64,000 nt of DNA, from the NCBI GenBank assembly GCA_044223005.1, contig JBGAML010000003.1, forward strand, positions 128,001 through 192,000. The letters run 5' to 3'. The stretch's first letter is position 1. Each line of letters begins with the position of its first letter. This document shows positions 1 to 11,118 of this stretch, piece after piece. The position numbers and the translations under genes were made by a program. Source of the stretch: Candidatus Eiseniibacteriota bacterium. Its GTDB lineage: Bacteria > Eisenbacteria > RBG-16-71-46. The notes under the pieces are model-generated. The model saw only the letters and a program-made list of their open reading frames with translations. It was not told the origin of the DNA and searched no databases.

Positions 1-1
1 C

Positions 2-307
2 TTCCACGGCGATCTCGACGCCACCTCGAATGGCGAGATGATCGCCGCGGGGACCACGGTGAAGGGCTCCGCGGCCTACTCGGCGCTCGAGCGCGTCACC
101 GGTACGCTGCACGGGCACGCGGGCTCGTTCGTGCTGCAGCACACCGGCGTCATGAACCGCGGCGTGCCGTCCCTGGTGATCACGGTCGTGCCCGACTCCG
201 GCACCGGTGCGCTCGCCGGGCTCGCCGGCACGATGACGATCGACATCGCGCCGGGCGGCGCGCACGCGTACCGGTTCGACTACACCCTGGAACCCGCGGG
301 CGCGTGA
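2..307 (+). CDS. DUF3224 family protein (5' partial)
   Basis: Frame is open from the window start. SAAYSALERVTGTLHG..GSFVLQH and VVPDSGTG.L.GL.G are typical of DUF3224. Confidence 0.8.
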   Translation, partial: FHGDLDATSNGEMIAAGTTVKGSAAYSALERVTGTLHGHAGSFVLQHTGVMNRGVPSLVITVVPDSGTGALAGLAGTMTIDIAPGGAHAYRFDYTLEPAGA

Positions 308-324
308 CGCCCGGAGGACTCGCC

Positions 325-903
325 ATGTCGCTCGAACTCGATCCGCGATCGACCGCGCTCGTGGTGATCGATCTGCAGCGCGGCATCGTCGCGCGCACGA
401 CGGCGCCGTACGCGTCGGCCGACGTCGTTGCGCGCTCGGCCCGGCTCGCCGCGGCGTTCCGCGCGTCGGGCGCGCTCGTGGTGCTGGTGCGCGTCGCGTT
501 CGACCCGCAGTTGCGCGACCGGCTCGCGACGCCGGTGGACGAGCCGGCACCCGCGTCGCCGCCGCCGCCCGAGTGGTCGGAGATCGTGCCCGAGATGCAT
601 GCGGGGCCGGACGACGTGATCGTGACCAAGCGGCAGTGGGGCGCATTCTGGGGCACCGATCTCGACCTGCAGCTGCGCCGGCGCGGCATCGCGACGATCG
701 TGCTCGCCGGGATCAGCACCAACTTCGGCGTGGAATCCACCGCCCGCGACGCCTGGGAGCGCTCGTACGCGGTCGTGTTCGCCGAGGACGCCATGGCCAG
801 CTTCGACGCCGACGCGCACGCGTTCGCGACGCGGACGATCTTCCCGCGCATCGGCCGCGTGCGCACCGCCGCCGACGTGCTCGGGGCGCTCGGCGGGCGC
901 TGA
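325..903 (+). CDS. Isochorismatase/cysteine hydrolase family protein (YecD-like)
   Basis: ALVVIDLQ, KRQWGAF.GTDLDLQLRRRGI, GISTNFGVESTAR. GGAGG at 313-317 precedes ATG 325. Confidence 0.9.
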   Translation: MSLELDPRSTALVVIDLQRGIVARTTAPYASADVVARSARLAAAFRASGALVVLVRVAFDPQLRDRLATPVDEPAPASPPPPEWSEIVPEMHAGPDDVIVTKRQWGAFWGTDLDLQLRRRGIATIVLAGISTNFGVESTARDAWERSYAVVFAEDAMASFDADAHAFATRTIFPRIGRVRTAADVLGALGGR

Positions 904-1029
904 CGCCGGGCCGGGGCCGTGGACGCGCGGGCGTCACGTGGCGCCCGCCGCCCGCTGCCCAATTCCGCCGCGCTCGTCTAGACTGTCCCGCTCCGAAAGC
1001 CCGTTCGACCCTTTCCGGACCGCCCTCCC

Positions 1030-2010
1030 ATGAGCACCCTGAATCCCCGCGAATCCCTGCAGGCGATGATCCTCGGCCTCGAGCACTACTGGGCCGAACG
1101 CGGCTGCGTGATCCAGCAGCCCTACCCGTCGGAAGTCGGCGCGGGCACGTTCAATCCCGCGACCTTCCTGCGTGCGCTCGGCCCCGAGCCGTGGCGCGTC
1201 GCCTACGTGGAGCCCTCGCGCCGCCCCAAGGACGGGCGCTACGGCGAGAACCCGAATCGCTTCCAGCAGTTCTTCCAGTACCAGGTGCTCCTGAAGCCCG
1301 CGCCCGGCGACGTCGTCGATGCCTACTTCGGGTCGCTGCGCGCGCTCGGGATCGAGCCGCTCGAACGCGACCTGCGCCTGCTCGAGGACGACTGGGAGTC
1401 GCCGACGCTCGGCGCCGCGGGACTGGGCTGGCAGGTGCTCATGGACGGCACCGAGATCTCGCAGTTCACCTACTTCCAGCAGTGCGGCGGCCTGGAGCTG
1501 CCCATGGTGTCGGCCGAGCTCACCTACGGACTCGACCGCATCGGCATGATGCTGCAGGGCACGGATCGCGTGCAGGACCTGCAGTGGGCGCCCGGCGTCA
1601 CGTGGGGCGACCTGTGGGTGCGCAACGAGGTCGAGTGGTCGCACTACAACTTCGAACAGGCGCCGGTCGCCGAGTTGTTCGAGATGTTCAAGATCTGGGA
1701 GTCCGAGGCGAACCGCCTGCTGGACCTGAAGCTCGTGAGCCCCGGCTACGACGCCGTGATCAAGTGCTCGCACATGTTCAACCTGCTCGACGCGCGCGGC
1801 GCGATCAGCGTGAGCGAGCGCGTCGGCTACATCGGCCGCGTGCGCCAGATCGCGCGCAAGGCGGCGCTGGCGTACCACCACCTGCGCGCCGAGCTGAAGT
1901 ATCCACTCATCAAGGACGAGCCCGAACGCGAGCGCTGGCTGGCCCACTACGAGGAGTCGCAGGCGCGCGTGAAGGCGCAGGCCGCGAAGAAGAAGGAGGC
2001 CGCGAAGTGA
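1030..2010 (+). CDS. glyQ: Glycine--tRNA ligase alpha subunit
   Basis: [48 protein letters not shown]. Confidence 0.98.
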   Translation: MSTLNPRESLQAMILGLEHYWAERGCVIQQPYPSEVGAGTFNPATFLRALGPEPWRVAYVEPSRRPKDGRYGENPNRFQQFFQYQVLLKPAPGDVVDAYFGSLRALGIEPLERDLRLLEDDWESPTLGAAGLGWQVLMDGTEISQFTYFQQCGGLELPMVSAELTYGLDRIGMMLQGTDRVQDLQWAPGVTWGDLWVRNEVEWSHYNFEQAPVAELFEMFKIWESEANRLLDLKLVSPGYDAVIKCSHMFNLLDARGAISVSERVGYIGRVRQIARKAALAYHHLRAELKYPLIKDEPERERWLAHYEESQARVKAQAAKKKEAAK

Positions 2011-4139
2011 CCCGCGACCTGCTGTTCGAGATCGGCGTCGAGGAACTGCCCTCGACCTACATCGCGCCCGCGCTGGAGCAGTTGGAGCGCGGCGTGCGCG
2101 CCGGCCTGCAGGAACTGCGGCTCGGCTGCGGCGCGATCACCACCTACGGCACGCCGCGGCGGCTCGCGGTGCTGGTCGCCGACGTCGTCACGCGCCAGGA
2201 CGATCACGAGGAAGAGGCGATGGGGCCCGCGGCCAAGGTCGCGTTCGGTCCCGACGGCCAGCCCACCAAGGCCCTCGTCGGTTTCTGCGCCGGCAAGGGC
2301 GTCGACGTCGCGAGCGTGCGCCGGGTCGAGACGCCCAAGGGTGAATACGTCGCGGTGACCGTGAAGCACACGGGCCGCGACGCGATCGACGTGTTGCCCG
2401 CGATGCTGGCGACGGTCGCGGTGAAGCTGCAGTTCCCGAAGGCCATGCGCTGGGACGCGGGCGACTATCGCTTCGGGCGTCCGGTGCGCTGGCTTGCGGC
2501 GCTGCTCGGCGACCAGGTCGTGCCCGTCGCCGCGTTCGGCCTCACCGCCGGCCGCACGACGTTCGGCCATCGCTTCCTGCATCCGGGCACGCTCGAGATC
2601 CCGTCGCCGCGCGGTTACGTCGAGGCGCTGCGCGGGGCGAAGGTGCTCGCCGACCATCGCGAGCGGCGCGCGGCCGTGCTGGAGCAGATCTCCGCGGCCG
2701 CCGCGGCGCAGGGCGGGCGCGTCGTCGAGGACGACGAGCTGGTCGACATCAACACGTTCCTCGTCGAGTGGCCCACCGCGTTCGCGGGCCACTTCGATCC
2801 GCACTATCTCGACCTGCCGCGCGAGGTGATCGTCACCGCGCTGCGCGAGCACCAGCGCTTCCACGCGTTCGAGGGCGCCGACGGTGTCCTGAAGCCCGGC
2901 TTCATCGCCGTGCGCAACGGCGATGCGCGCGGGCTCGAGATCGTGCGCAAGGGCAACGAGGACGTGCTGGTCGCGCGGCTCGAGGACGCGAAGTTCTACT
3001 GGGAGACCGACCTCAAGCACGCCCCGGCCGAGATCGTCGAGAAGCTCTCCGGCGTCGTGTGGATGGAAGGCCTCGGTTCGCTGCGCGAGAAGGCCGCGCG
3101 GCTGGAGTCGCTGGGCGGCTGGCTCGCCGAGCGGCTCGCGCCCGGTGCGGCCCCAGCGGTGCAGCGCGCCGCGCTGCTGGCGAAGACCGATCTGCTCGGC
3201 GAGATGATCGGTTCGGGCAAGGAGTACGCGAGCCTGGAAGGCATCATGGGCGGGCACTACGCACGGCGCGCCGGCGAGCCCGAGGCCGTCGCGGTCGCGA
3301 TCGCCGAACACTACCGGCCGCGCGGCGCGGGCGACGCGCTGCCCGGCTCGGACGCGGGTTCGCTGCTCGCGCTCGCGGACAAGCTCGATCACGTGGCGGG
3401 CGCGTTCGTCGCCGGCAAGATCCCGAGCGGCAGCGAGGACCCGTACGGCGTGCGGCGCGCGGCCAACGGCGCCGTGCGCATCGTGCTCGAGCAGTCGCGC
3501 TCGCTCGACCTGCGCGCGGCGTCCATGGAGATGACGCGGCCGTTCTTCGCCGCCGACCCGGAGCTCTCGCAGGCCGAGATCATGAAGAAGCTGGGTGAGT
3601 TCTGGCGCGGCCGCGTGGACACCGCGCTCGAGGACCGCGACGTCGCGTACGACACGCGCGACGCGGCGCTCGAGGCCCGCATCGTGATGGACGGGGCCGC
3701 GCGGCCCGGCTGGTGCGACGCCGCCGACGCGCTCGCGCGCGCGAAGGCGCTCGCCGCCTTCCGCGGCGACCCGCGCTTCACGCCGCTCGCGATCCTGTTC
3801 AAGCGCGTGGCGAACATCCTCAAGGCGTCGGCCGACCCGCTGCCCGCGGCGCTCGATCGCGCCGCGCTGCGCGAGCCGGCCGAGCAGGCGCTGCTCGCGG
3901 CGCTCGAGCAGGCGCGCACCGCGACCGAGCCGCTGTGGGCGAAGCGCGCGTACGCCGAGATCCTGCCCGCGCTACTGGCGATGGAGGGGGCGATCCACGG
4001 CTTCTTCGACGGCGTCATGGTCAACGTCGACGACTCCGCCGTGCGGCTCAACCGCCTCAAGCTCCTCGCCGACGTACGCGAGCTCTTCCTGCGTGGCTGG
4101 GACCTTTCGCGCGTCGTCGTCGAGGGCGAGAAGGCGTAG
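2007..4139 (+). CDS. glyS: Glycine--tRNA ligase beta subunit
   Basis: GTG start overlaps the glyQ stop (GTGA). [40 protein letters not shown] and a DALR-type C-terminus. Confidence 0.97.
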   Translation: MTRDLLFEIGVEELPSTYIAPALEQLERGVRAGLQELRLGCGAITTYGTPRRLAVLVADVVTRQDDHEEEAMGPAAKVAFGPDGQPTKALVGFCAGKGVDVASVRRVETPKGEYVAVTVKHTGRDAIDVLPAMLATVAVKLQFPKAMRWDAGDYRFGRPVRWLAALLGDQVVPVAAFGLTAGRTTFGHRFLHPGTLEIPSPRGYVEALRGAKVLADHRERRAAVLEQISAAAAAQGGRVVEDDELVDINTFLVEWPTAFAGHFDPHYLDLPREVIVTALREHQRFHAFEGADGVLKPGFIAVRNGDARGLEIVRKGNEDVLVARLEDAKFYWETDLKHAPAEIVEKLSGVVWMEGLGSLREKAARLESLGGWLAERLAPGAAPAVQRAALLAKTDLLGEMIGSGKEYASLEGIMGGHYARRAGEPEAVAVAIAEHYRPRGAGDALPGSDAGSLLALADKLDHVAGAFVAGKIPSGSEDPYGVRRAANGAVRIVLEQSRSLDLRAASMEMTRPFFAADPELSQAEIMKKLGEFWRGRVDTALEDRDVAYDTRDAALEARIVMDGAARPGWCDAADALARAKALAAFRGDPRFTPLAILFKRVANILKASADPLPAALDRAALREPAEQALLAALEQARTATEPLWAKRAYAEILPALLAMEGAIHGFFDGVMVNVDDSAVRLNRLKLLADVRELFLRGWDLSRVVVEGEKA

Positions 4140-4154
4140 CCGATCGCGGGCGAC

Positions 4155-4189
4155 GCCGCGCGCCGACGCGCGCGGCGTCGGCGCGCGGC
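4155..4189 (+). terminator. Long GC hairpin after glyS (possible terminator or pause)
   Basis: gccgcgcgccgacgc / gcgtcggcgcgcggc inverted repeat just after the glyS stop; no strong U-tract. Confidence 0.4.
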
Positions 4190-4390
4190 CTCTCGGCGCT
4201 CGCCGGCCGAAGAAGTGTCGCCGCGGGCGACATGGGGGCGTTCTCCGCCGGAATCCAGCTGGGTGTGCAGTACATGCCAGCGGCCGAGTGTCGTGCAAAG
4301 CGACGTTGAAGTCGCAGCATCGCCGGGCGCAGGCTGAAGCGAGCCTGCGGGGCCGATCCCCCGCGGCAATCCACCCAAACCGGAGGGGAC

Positions 4391-6331
4391 ATGCGTTCTC
4401 CCGTTGCTTCCACGCATGCACTGTCCAGGGCGTGGATTCCCCCGGCGATCCGCCTTGCGACATTCCTCGCGCTGCTGGCCGCTCCCGTCCTCGCGCACGC
4501 CACGCACTACCTCGTCGATTCCGCCGGCGGCGGCGATTTCACCACCATCCAGGGCGCGGTCGACGCACTCGCGTCGAGTCCGCGCGATTCCATTCTCGTG
4601 CGGCCCGGTTTCTATCCGGAATCAGTCTTGTTGCCGGCATCGGCCTATGCCGCGCTGGTCGCGGTCGCCGGGCCCGACTCGACGACCGTGCACACGATCC
4701 AGAGCAACGGCGGCGGATCCGTTTCGGGGTTCGCATTCGATGCGCTGCATCACCAGCTGCAGGCCATGCGTTACGATCGCTGTCTGTTCCTGCAGGGGTT
4801 CGAGATCGCCGGCGCTCCGACGGGTGCCACCATGACGAACTCGGAGGTGCATGGCCCCTCGACGAGCATCGGCGTCGTGGGAGAAGGGTACGTGGGCGTG
4901 CGCTTCGTGAACGCACCGCTCTTCGTGGCCACCAACGGTGGCGGGACCACCCGATTCCGGAACTGCACGTTCTCGGGCGGGACGGACACCCTCGTCGTGT
5001 GCCGACCGGCGTCGGGCGACGACATCGGCTTCCGGGGCTGCGAGTTCTCGGACGCGGCCGTCGGAGTGGCGGCCCGGCCGAGCCTGGGAGGCTATGTCGG
5101 TATTGCCTCCTGTTCCTTCCACGATCTGGGTGGTGACGCCATTTGCACGTCCGGCGGTGGCCCGTACACGCCCCTCAATCCGGCCGTGGAACTGGACATG
5201 GTCGACTCGCGGATCGAGCGCTGCGGCACCGGCGTGCGGTGGACACCGGGCAACGATGGTCGTCTTTCCATGGTGCGGGACTCGGTCTTCGATAGTCGCG
5301 GGGATGCTCTCGTGCTCTCCGTCGGCGAAGCGGCGCCGGGTCTGGACCACGTGATCGTGATGCGCTCGGGTGGTCATGGTTGCGTGATCGAGCGCAGGCC
5401 GCCGACGCTGTACCACCAGACGTTCGAGTTCCAGGTCGGCATCCAGGACTCCTACTTCGCGGACAACGCCGGTGATGGCGTGCGCGTCGTGCACGACTGG
5501 CCGGCCCAGTTCGCGGCCGGCGGCCACTCCTTCCTCACGAACTCCACCGCCGAGCGCAACGGCGGCGCCGGCTTCCGGCTCGAAGGCGGCGCGTGGACAG
5601 TGGAGCGCAACGTGGCGCGGGCGAACGCCGGCACCGGTCTCGAGTTCACGTCGCTGTACACAGCGGACCACCTCGAAGGGCTGAGCGGCTTTCGGCCCGA
5701 CTCGGTGATCTTCAACACGAGCGTCGGCAATGGTGACGCGGGTATCGTCGTGAGCCGCGCGGAGGCGTCGGGACCCTACACGCAGGCGATCCAGCACAAC
5801 CTCTGCGTCGCCAACCACGGCAACGGCCTGATCGTCGCGGCTACATCGGGCTTGAGCTGCGCGTACAACGACGCGTGGCACAACCTGGCGGCGGACTACC
5901 TCAACGTGAGCTCGCCCGCGGACTCCAATCTCGGCATCGACCCGAGGTTCTGCGACCTGTCTGCGGGCCAGCTGACGCTCGCGTTCGGTTCGCCCTGCGG
6001 CGCCGGCGGTCCGTACGGCGCGATCGGCGCGCGGCCGGAGGCGTGCGCGAGCGCCGCGGGCGTCGTCGTCCCGCCACCCGCCGTCGCGTTCTCCGCGCGC
6101 CCGAATCCCGCGCGTGGCGCGGTCGAGTTCGCGCTTCCCGCCGGCGTCTCGGGACGGCTCGAGGTGATCGACGTCGCGGGCCGCGCGGTCTGGAGCCGCA
6201 ACGTGCACGCCGGCGAAACGGTACGGTGGAACGGCGAGACGAGCGCTGGGCATGCGCGCGCCGGGCTCTATTGGGCGCGGTTCGTGCGGCCGGGTCGCGT
6301 CGACCGCCAGCGCCTGGTCTGGCTCGAGTGA
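4391..6331 (+). CDS. Secreted right-handed parallel beta-helix (pectin-lyase-like) protein with C-terminal T9SS/FlgD-Ig-like domain
   Basis: Signal peptide ending AHA, GDFTTIQGAVD motif, repeated N.G.G beta-helix turns, IDPRFCD, C-terminal ARPNPARG.VEF..EVIDVAGR.V. Confidence 0.75.
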   Translation: MRSPVASTHALSRAWIPPAIRLATFLALLAAPVLAHATHYLVDSAGGGDFTTIQGAVDALASSPRDSILVRPGFYPESVLLPASAYAALVAVAGPDSTTVHTIQSNGGGSVSGFAFDALHHQLQAMRYDRCLFLQGFEIAGAPTGATMTNSEVHGPSTSIGVVGEGYVGVRFVNAPLFVATNGGGTTRFRNCTFSGGTDTLVVCRPASGDDIGFRGCEFSDAAVGVAARPSLGGYVGIASCSFHDLGGDAICTSGGGPYTPLNPAVELDMVDSRIERCGTGVRWTPGNDGRLSMVRDSVFDSRGDALVLSVGEAAPGLDHVIVMRSGGHGCVIERRPPTLYHQTFEFQVGIQDSYFADNAGDGVRVVHDWPAQFAAGGHSFLTNSTAERNGGAGFRLEGGAWTVERNVARANAGTGLEFTSLYTADHLEGLSGFRPDSVIFNTSVGNGDAGIVVSRAEASGPYTQAIQHNLCVANHGNGLIVAATSGLSCAYNDAWHNLAADYLNVSSPADSNLGIDPRFCDLSAGQLTLAFGSPCGAGGPYGAIGARPEACASAAGVVVPPPAVAFSARPNPARGAVEFALPAGVSGRLEVIDVAGRAVWSRNVHAGETVRWNGETSAGHARAGLYWARFVRPGRVDRQRLVWLE

Positions 6332-6380
6332 GCGCGGCGTGACAAACGTGGCCCGGACGACCCGCCCGGGCCTCGCGCGC

Positions 6381-6650
6381 TCAGATCCCCATATCGCCCA
6401 GGCGGCGGCTCACACTCACGATCGCCGCGGTCAGGTCGGGGTGCGAGGCCTCGAGACGCGTCGCGACCTCGCCGAGCTGCGCGAGCAGCGACGGCGTGCC
6501 CGCGGGCGCGGGGCCGGAGCGCTCGAGCGCCGCGCGGATGTCGCCCTGGAGCCGCTCCAGCAGCCGGCGGTCCTCGGCCGGGAGGGACGTGACCGCATCG
6601 AGCCGGTCGTGCAGCGCCTGCAGCAACGGATGGATCGATTCGTCCGCCAT
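6381..6650 (-). CDS. DUF4404 family small helical protein
   Basis: 89 aa ending in EASHPDLT...LGDMGI, matching the DUF4404 C-terminal pattern. Confidence 0.75.
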   Translation of the reverse strand: MADESIHPLLQALHDRLDAVTSLPAEDRRLLERLQGDIRAALERSGPAPAGTPSLLAQLGEVATRLEASHPDLTAAIVSVSRRLGDMGI

Positions 6651-6794
6651 GCGGATCCACTCCCTTCGGCCCCGAGTCTCGGGCCCGCGACGCGCGGGCC
6701 CCTCGCCCAGAGCATAGGGCCTCCGGGGCCGGCCCGCGCGGCCCGGACGCCGCGCGGGAAAGGCCCGCGCCGTTCCCGCGCGGGGGCGGCGCGC

Positions 6795-6823
6795 TTGCCC
6801 GGTCCGTCGGGGGCAGCTATGGT
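6795..6823 (+). promoter_or_regulatory. Putative sigma70 promoter of pyrR
   Basis: TTGCCC-N17-TATGGT directly upstream of a PyrR box. Confidence 0.5.
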
Positions 6824-6831
6824 CCTCGGCA

Positions 6832-7422
<591 letters not shown>

Positions 7423-7443
7423 CGCGGCGACGGCGGCCTCCCG

Positions 7444-7473
7444 GACCCGCCCCGGCTCGCCGGGGCGGGTCTT
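7444..7473 (+). terminator. Hairpin after pyrR (probable terminator)
   Basis: gacccgccccgg-ctcg-ccggggcgggtc followed by tt. Confidence 0.55.
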
Positions 7474-7589
7474 CGCATCCCGGCGCTGTGACCGAAGAAT
7501 CGTCGGCTTGTGCTCGAAAGAACTAGCGATTCCTTCGCTGGACGTGACGAATCGAATCCATATCATCGCCGAACCGAAGGGAGGACCGC

Positions 7590-8072
7590 ATGCTCGACGA
7601 AATCGACCGGCAGCTGCTCCAGATCCTGCAGACCGATGGCCGCACCTCCAATGCCGACCTCGCCCGCCGCGTGGGCATGGCTCCCTCGGCGGTGTTCGAG
7701 CGCGTGAAGCGCCTCGAACAGCGCGGTGTGATCCAGGGCTATGGCGCGCACCTCGACCCGCGCCGGCTCGGCCGCGGCCTGCTCGCGTTCGTGCTCGTGC
7801 GCAGCGACGAGCGCACGGGGGAGATGTCCACGGGCGAGGCGCTCGCGCGCGAACCGGAGGTGCTCGAAGTGCACCACGTCGCGGGCCAGGACAGCTACCT
7901 CGTGAAGGTGCGGGTCAAGGATCCGGAGGCGCTGGGCCGGCTGCTGCGCGAGCGATTCGGCGCGATCGCGACCGTGCGCTCGACGCAGAGCACGATCGCG
8001 CTCGAGACGGTGAAGGAGAGCTGGGCGCTGCCGGTGGAGGAAGTGCCGCGGCGGGAGACCGTGCGTGGTTGA
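7590..8072 (+). CDS. Lrp/AsnC family transcriptional regulator
   Basis: LDEIDRQLLQILQ.DGR.SNADLA HTH, RVKRLE..GVI.GY, RAM domain EVHHVAG..SYLVKV; GGAGG SD. Confidence 0.95.
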   Translation: MLDEIDRQLLQILQTDGRTSNADLARRVGMAPSAVFERVKRLEQRGVIQGYGAHLDPRRLGRGLLAFVLVRSDERTGEMSTGEALAREPEVLEVHHVAGQDSYLVKVRVKDPEALGRLLRERFGAIATVRSTQSTIALETVKESWALPVEEVPRRETVRG

Positions 8073-9021
8073 GGCCCTGCGCGAACGCGGGCTGCTGGGG
8101 AAGGTGCTCGCGGCGTTCGCCGCGATCTACTTCATCTGGGGCTCGACGTTCATCACGATCCGCATCGCGATCACGGACATCCCGCCGCTGCTCATGTGCG
8201 GCGTCCGGCTGCTGTCGGCCGGGATGATCCTGGTCGCGTGGGCGCGGGCGGCGGGCGAGTCGTGGCCGCGCGGCATCGAATGGCGCGACGCGGCACTCGT
8301 CGGGATCCTGCTGCCCGGGATCGGCAACGCCAGCGTCACGCTGGGTGAGACGCACGTGGCGTCCGGGCTCGTGGCGCTGCTCGTGGCGTCGATCCCGCTC
8401 TGGATGGCGCTGCTCTCGGCGATCGGTCCGCGCGCCGAGCGCCCGGCGCCGCTCGGGCTGCTCGGACTCGCGCTGGGCTTCACCGGCATCGCGCTGCTGC
8501 TCGGGCCGGGCATCGCGGGGCCGGCCGGCTCGGGCCACTCGCTGGTGTGGGCGATGACCCCCGTCGCGGGTTCGTTCTCGTGGGCGTGGGGCTCGCTGTG
8601 GTCGCGTCGCGCCCGGACGCCGCGCTCGCCGCGCATGGCCACCGGCGTCGGGCTGGTCGCGGGCGGAGTGCTGGTGCTGCTCGCCGCCACGGTGACGGGC
8701 GAACCGGCGCGCTTCGATCCGGCGCGCGTGGGAACGCCCGCGCTTCTCTCGCTCGCCTACCTGTCGGTGTTCGGGTCGGTCGTGGCCTTCTCGGCCTACC
8801 TGTTCCTGCTACGCGTGGTCTCGCCCGCGCTGGTCTCGACCTACGCGTTCGTGAACCCGCTCGTCGCGATGACCCTCGGCGCGCTGTTCGCGGGCGAGGC
8901 GTTCTCGCCGCGGGCGAAGCTGGCGGCGGTGCTCGTGATCGCGTCGGTCGTGCTGCTCACGTGGACGCGCGCGCGCGCCGCGCGACGCGCGGTCGCTCCG
9001 GCCGACGCCGCGAAGGCCTGA
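8065..9021 (+). CDS. EamA/DMT family transporter (YedA-like)
   Basis: IYFIWGSTF, about 10 hydrophobic segments, YL.VFGS..AF.AY, STYAFVNP. Confidence 0.92.
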   Translation: MVEALRERGLLGKVLAAFAAIYFIWGSTFITIRIAITDIPPLLMCGVRLLSAGMILVAWARAAGESWPRGIEWRDAALVGILLPGIGNASVTLGETHVASGLVALLVASIPLWMALLSAIGPRAERPAPLGLLGLALGFTGIALLLGPGIAGPAGSGHSLVWAMTPVAGSFSWAWGSLWSRRARTPRSPRMATGVGLVAGGVLVLLAATVTGEPARFDPARVGTPALLSLAYLSVFGSVVAFSAYLFLLRVVSPALVSTYAFVNPLVAMTLGALFAGEAFSPRAKLAAVLVIASVVLLTWTRARAARRAVAPADAAKA

Positions 9022-9030
9022 GCCCGGGCG

Positions 9031-10419
9031 TCAACGCAGCACGGGGAGGCGCGCGACGCGCCGTCCCGCACCGGTCGTGAGCGCGGCGAAGTACACGCCG
9101 CTCGGCGCGAGCGCGCCGCCGCCGTCGCGGCCGTCCCAGCGCACCACCGAATCGCCCGCGGGCAGCGGGCCATCGTGCAGCGTGCCGAGCCTGCGGCCGC
9201 TCACGTCGAACATCTCGACGCGTGCCGCCGCCGCGGCGGGCAGCGAGCAGCGCAGCAGCTGGCCACCGTCCGAGAGCGGCCCGCCCGAACGCGCGATCGC
9301 GAACGCTTCCGCCGCCGGCGCGCCCGGGACGTCGCTCGCGGGCACCGGGGAGGCGAGCGAGAAGTTGGGCGCGGTCGCCGACCACACCATGTCGTAGATC
9401 TCGACGCGGTGGCCCAGGCTGTTCACCACGGCGAAGTGGTCGCGGCCGCCGATCGTGAACGTCTCGGACCCGAACCAGGCATCGCTGATCGGGTCGCTGT
9501 TCGCCATGTCGTAGATGCGGTACTTGCCGCTCCAGAGCAGCGAATCCGCCGTCGGGCTCGGGGTCGTCCGGAAACCCAGCACGTGGCTCGAGTTGGTGGT
9601 CGCGAACATGTACCAGAGCGAGCCGTGCTGGAGCATGTGCAGCGATTCGCACCAGCCCCAGAAGTGCGCCGCGTCGGTGCACCAGAGCGGCATGAGGTCG
9701 GTCCACGGGCCCATCAGGTTCGTCGCCTGCGCGATGCCGCCGATCAGCTGGTCGCGGGCGTTCGCGGGCGTTCCCACGTAGTACATGAGCCAGCGGCCCG
9801 CCACGTTCGGGTCCTTCATCACGAACGCGTCGCGGAACTGGCAGCCTTCGAACGTCGACGAATCCGCCCACACCCACGGGACCTGCTTGCCGGTCAGCAC
9901 GGGCTGGTCGTAGCGGGTCCAGTTGACGAGGTCGGTGGACGTCGCGACGCCGATCTTCTGGTACGCGTTCCAGCCGTAGGGCACCCACGAGACGCCCGTG
10001 TAGAACATGTACCAGGTGGCGCCGTCCCGAACGACGTGCGGCGACCAGATGTGCAGGTTGTCCCACTTGCCCGGACGCGAGTGCAGGAAGCTGCCGAGCT
10101 GCGTCCACGTCTTGAGGTCGTAGGACACCGCGTGCCCGAGGTCGTTCTCCGTCGAATCGACGACGACGTCCGGGTTGTGGCGCATGTAGAACAGGTGATA
10201 GAGCCCGGCGTCGTCGCGGACGATGCTGAACTCCTTCGCCCAGATCGGGTACTCGGGCGACATCACTCCGGGCACGGGCAGCGTCGCGACGGCGGCGGGA
10301 GTCGCGGGCGTCGCATGCGCGGGTGCGGCTCCCGGCGGCAAGCCGGAGCAGGCGCACGCCAAGAGGAGGCCGGCGAGTCCGATGCGGAGAGAATGGGGAG
10401 CCGAGTGGGGGTCGCGCAC
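9031..10419 (-). CDS. Secreted GH32/GH43-like five-bladed beta-propeller protein with C-terminal FlgD-Ig/T9SS-like domain
   Basis: YHLFY, HAVSYDL.TW, IWSPHV, WYMFYTG, ATSTDL.NW, FRDAFV, CES. C-terminal FDVSGR..TLHDG..AG...V.WDGRD..G....SGVYF. Confidence 0.75.
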   Translation of the reverse strand: MRDPHSAPHSLRIGLAGLLLACACSGLPPGAAPAHATPATPAAVATLPVPGVMSPEYPIWAKEFSIVRDDAGLYHLFYMRHNPDVVVDSTENDLGHAVSYDLKTWTQLGSFLHSRPGKWDNLHIWSPHVVRDGATWYMFYTGVSWVPYGWNAYQKIGVATSTDLVNWTRYDQPVLTGKQVPWVWADSSTFEGCQFRDAFVMKDPNVAGRWLMYYVGTPANARDQLIGGIAQATNLMGPWTDLMPLWCTDAAHFWGWCESLHMLQHGSLWYMFATTNSSHVLGFRTTPSPTADSLLWSGKYRIYDMANSDPISDAWFGSETFTIGGRDHFAVVNSLGHRVEIYDMVWSATAPNFSLASPVPASDVPGAPAAEAFAIARSGGPLSDGGQLLRCSLPAAAAARVEMFDVSGRRLGTLHDGPLPAGDSVVRWDGRDGGGALAPSGVYFAALTTGAGRRVARLPVLR

Positions 10420-10679
10420 GTTGTCGAGCAGCCGGCTGCGGCCGTCCGGAGAGAGGCCAGGGTCGAGTCGGCCGGCGGGGCAAGGGGGGGCGCCGGCCGA
10501 GTGGTTCCTGTGATCCTCTCAATTATGCACGGAACGGCGTCCCGGCCAAAACTCCTTTCCCCGGCCGCGCGAGCCGTGCAGACTGCCCCCCTCCACGTTC
10601 CCGGATCCATCCCCGGAGACGGTGCCGGCCGCGCCTTCCCTGCGCCCGTGCCTTCCGCTCCTCCCGCTCGGAGCCCCTC

Positions 10680-11003
10680 GTGAAAGCGTTCCAGGTCGAC
10701 GAACTCCTCGCCCGCCGTGCGGCGCACGGCCGGCCGTGGCTCGAGTTCCTGCGTGAGCGGACCATGAGCCTCGGCGTCTACACGCTCCCCGCGGGCGGGC
10801 CCGATCCGCAGCATCCCCACGGCGAGGACGAGGTGTACGTCGTCCTGAACGGCCGCGCGACGCTGCGGGTGGGGAAAGAGGAGCATCCGGTCGGCCCCGG
10901 TTCGGTGGTGTTCGTCCCCGCGCGCACGGAGCACGCGTTCCACTCGATCCTCGAGACGCTCGACGTGCTGGTGATGTTCGCGCCGCCGCGTTCGGGCAAC
11001 TGA
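10680..11003 (+). CDS. Cupin domain protein
   Basis: Q.PH.EDEVY.V..G and G.VVFVPA...H.F cupin motifs; GTG start. Confidence 0.85.
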   Translation: MKAFQVDELLARRAAHGRPWLEFLRERTMSLGVYTLPAGGPDPQHPHGEDEVYVVLNGRATLRVGKEEHPVGPGSVVFVPARTEHAFHSILETLDVLVMFAPPRSGN

Positions 11004-11118
11004 TCGCGGCCGGACGCGCATCCGGTCCGCGTGATCCGGCTGGACGAACGCGCATTGCGGCGGGTAGGTTGCGAGTGACCGCCTTCGGGCCCTCCTCCAC
11101 CTCTTCGCCGGAGCGCGC

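Noticed and set aside
904..1029. Possible T-box riboswitch upstream of glyQS
   Set aside because: The gap is too short, and no T-box antiterminator consensus or U-tract terminator is visible.
573..2006. N-terminal half of the 1188-aa ORF, which looks like a long GlyS extension or fusion
   Set aside because: It is an off-frame shadow of the isochorismatase and glyQ genes in stop-poor GC-rich DNA. GlyS homology starts at GTG 2007.
11004..11118. Possible Mg2+ (M-box) riboswitch upstream of mgtE
   Set aside because: Only ~115 nt, with no recognisable consensus.
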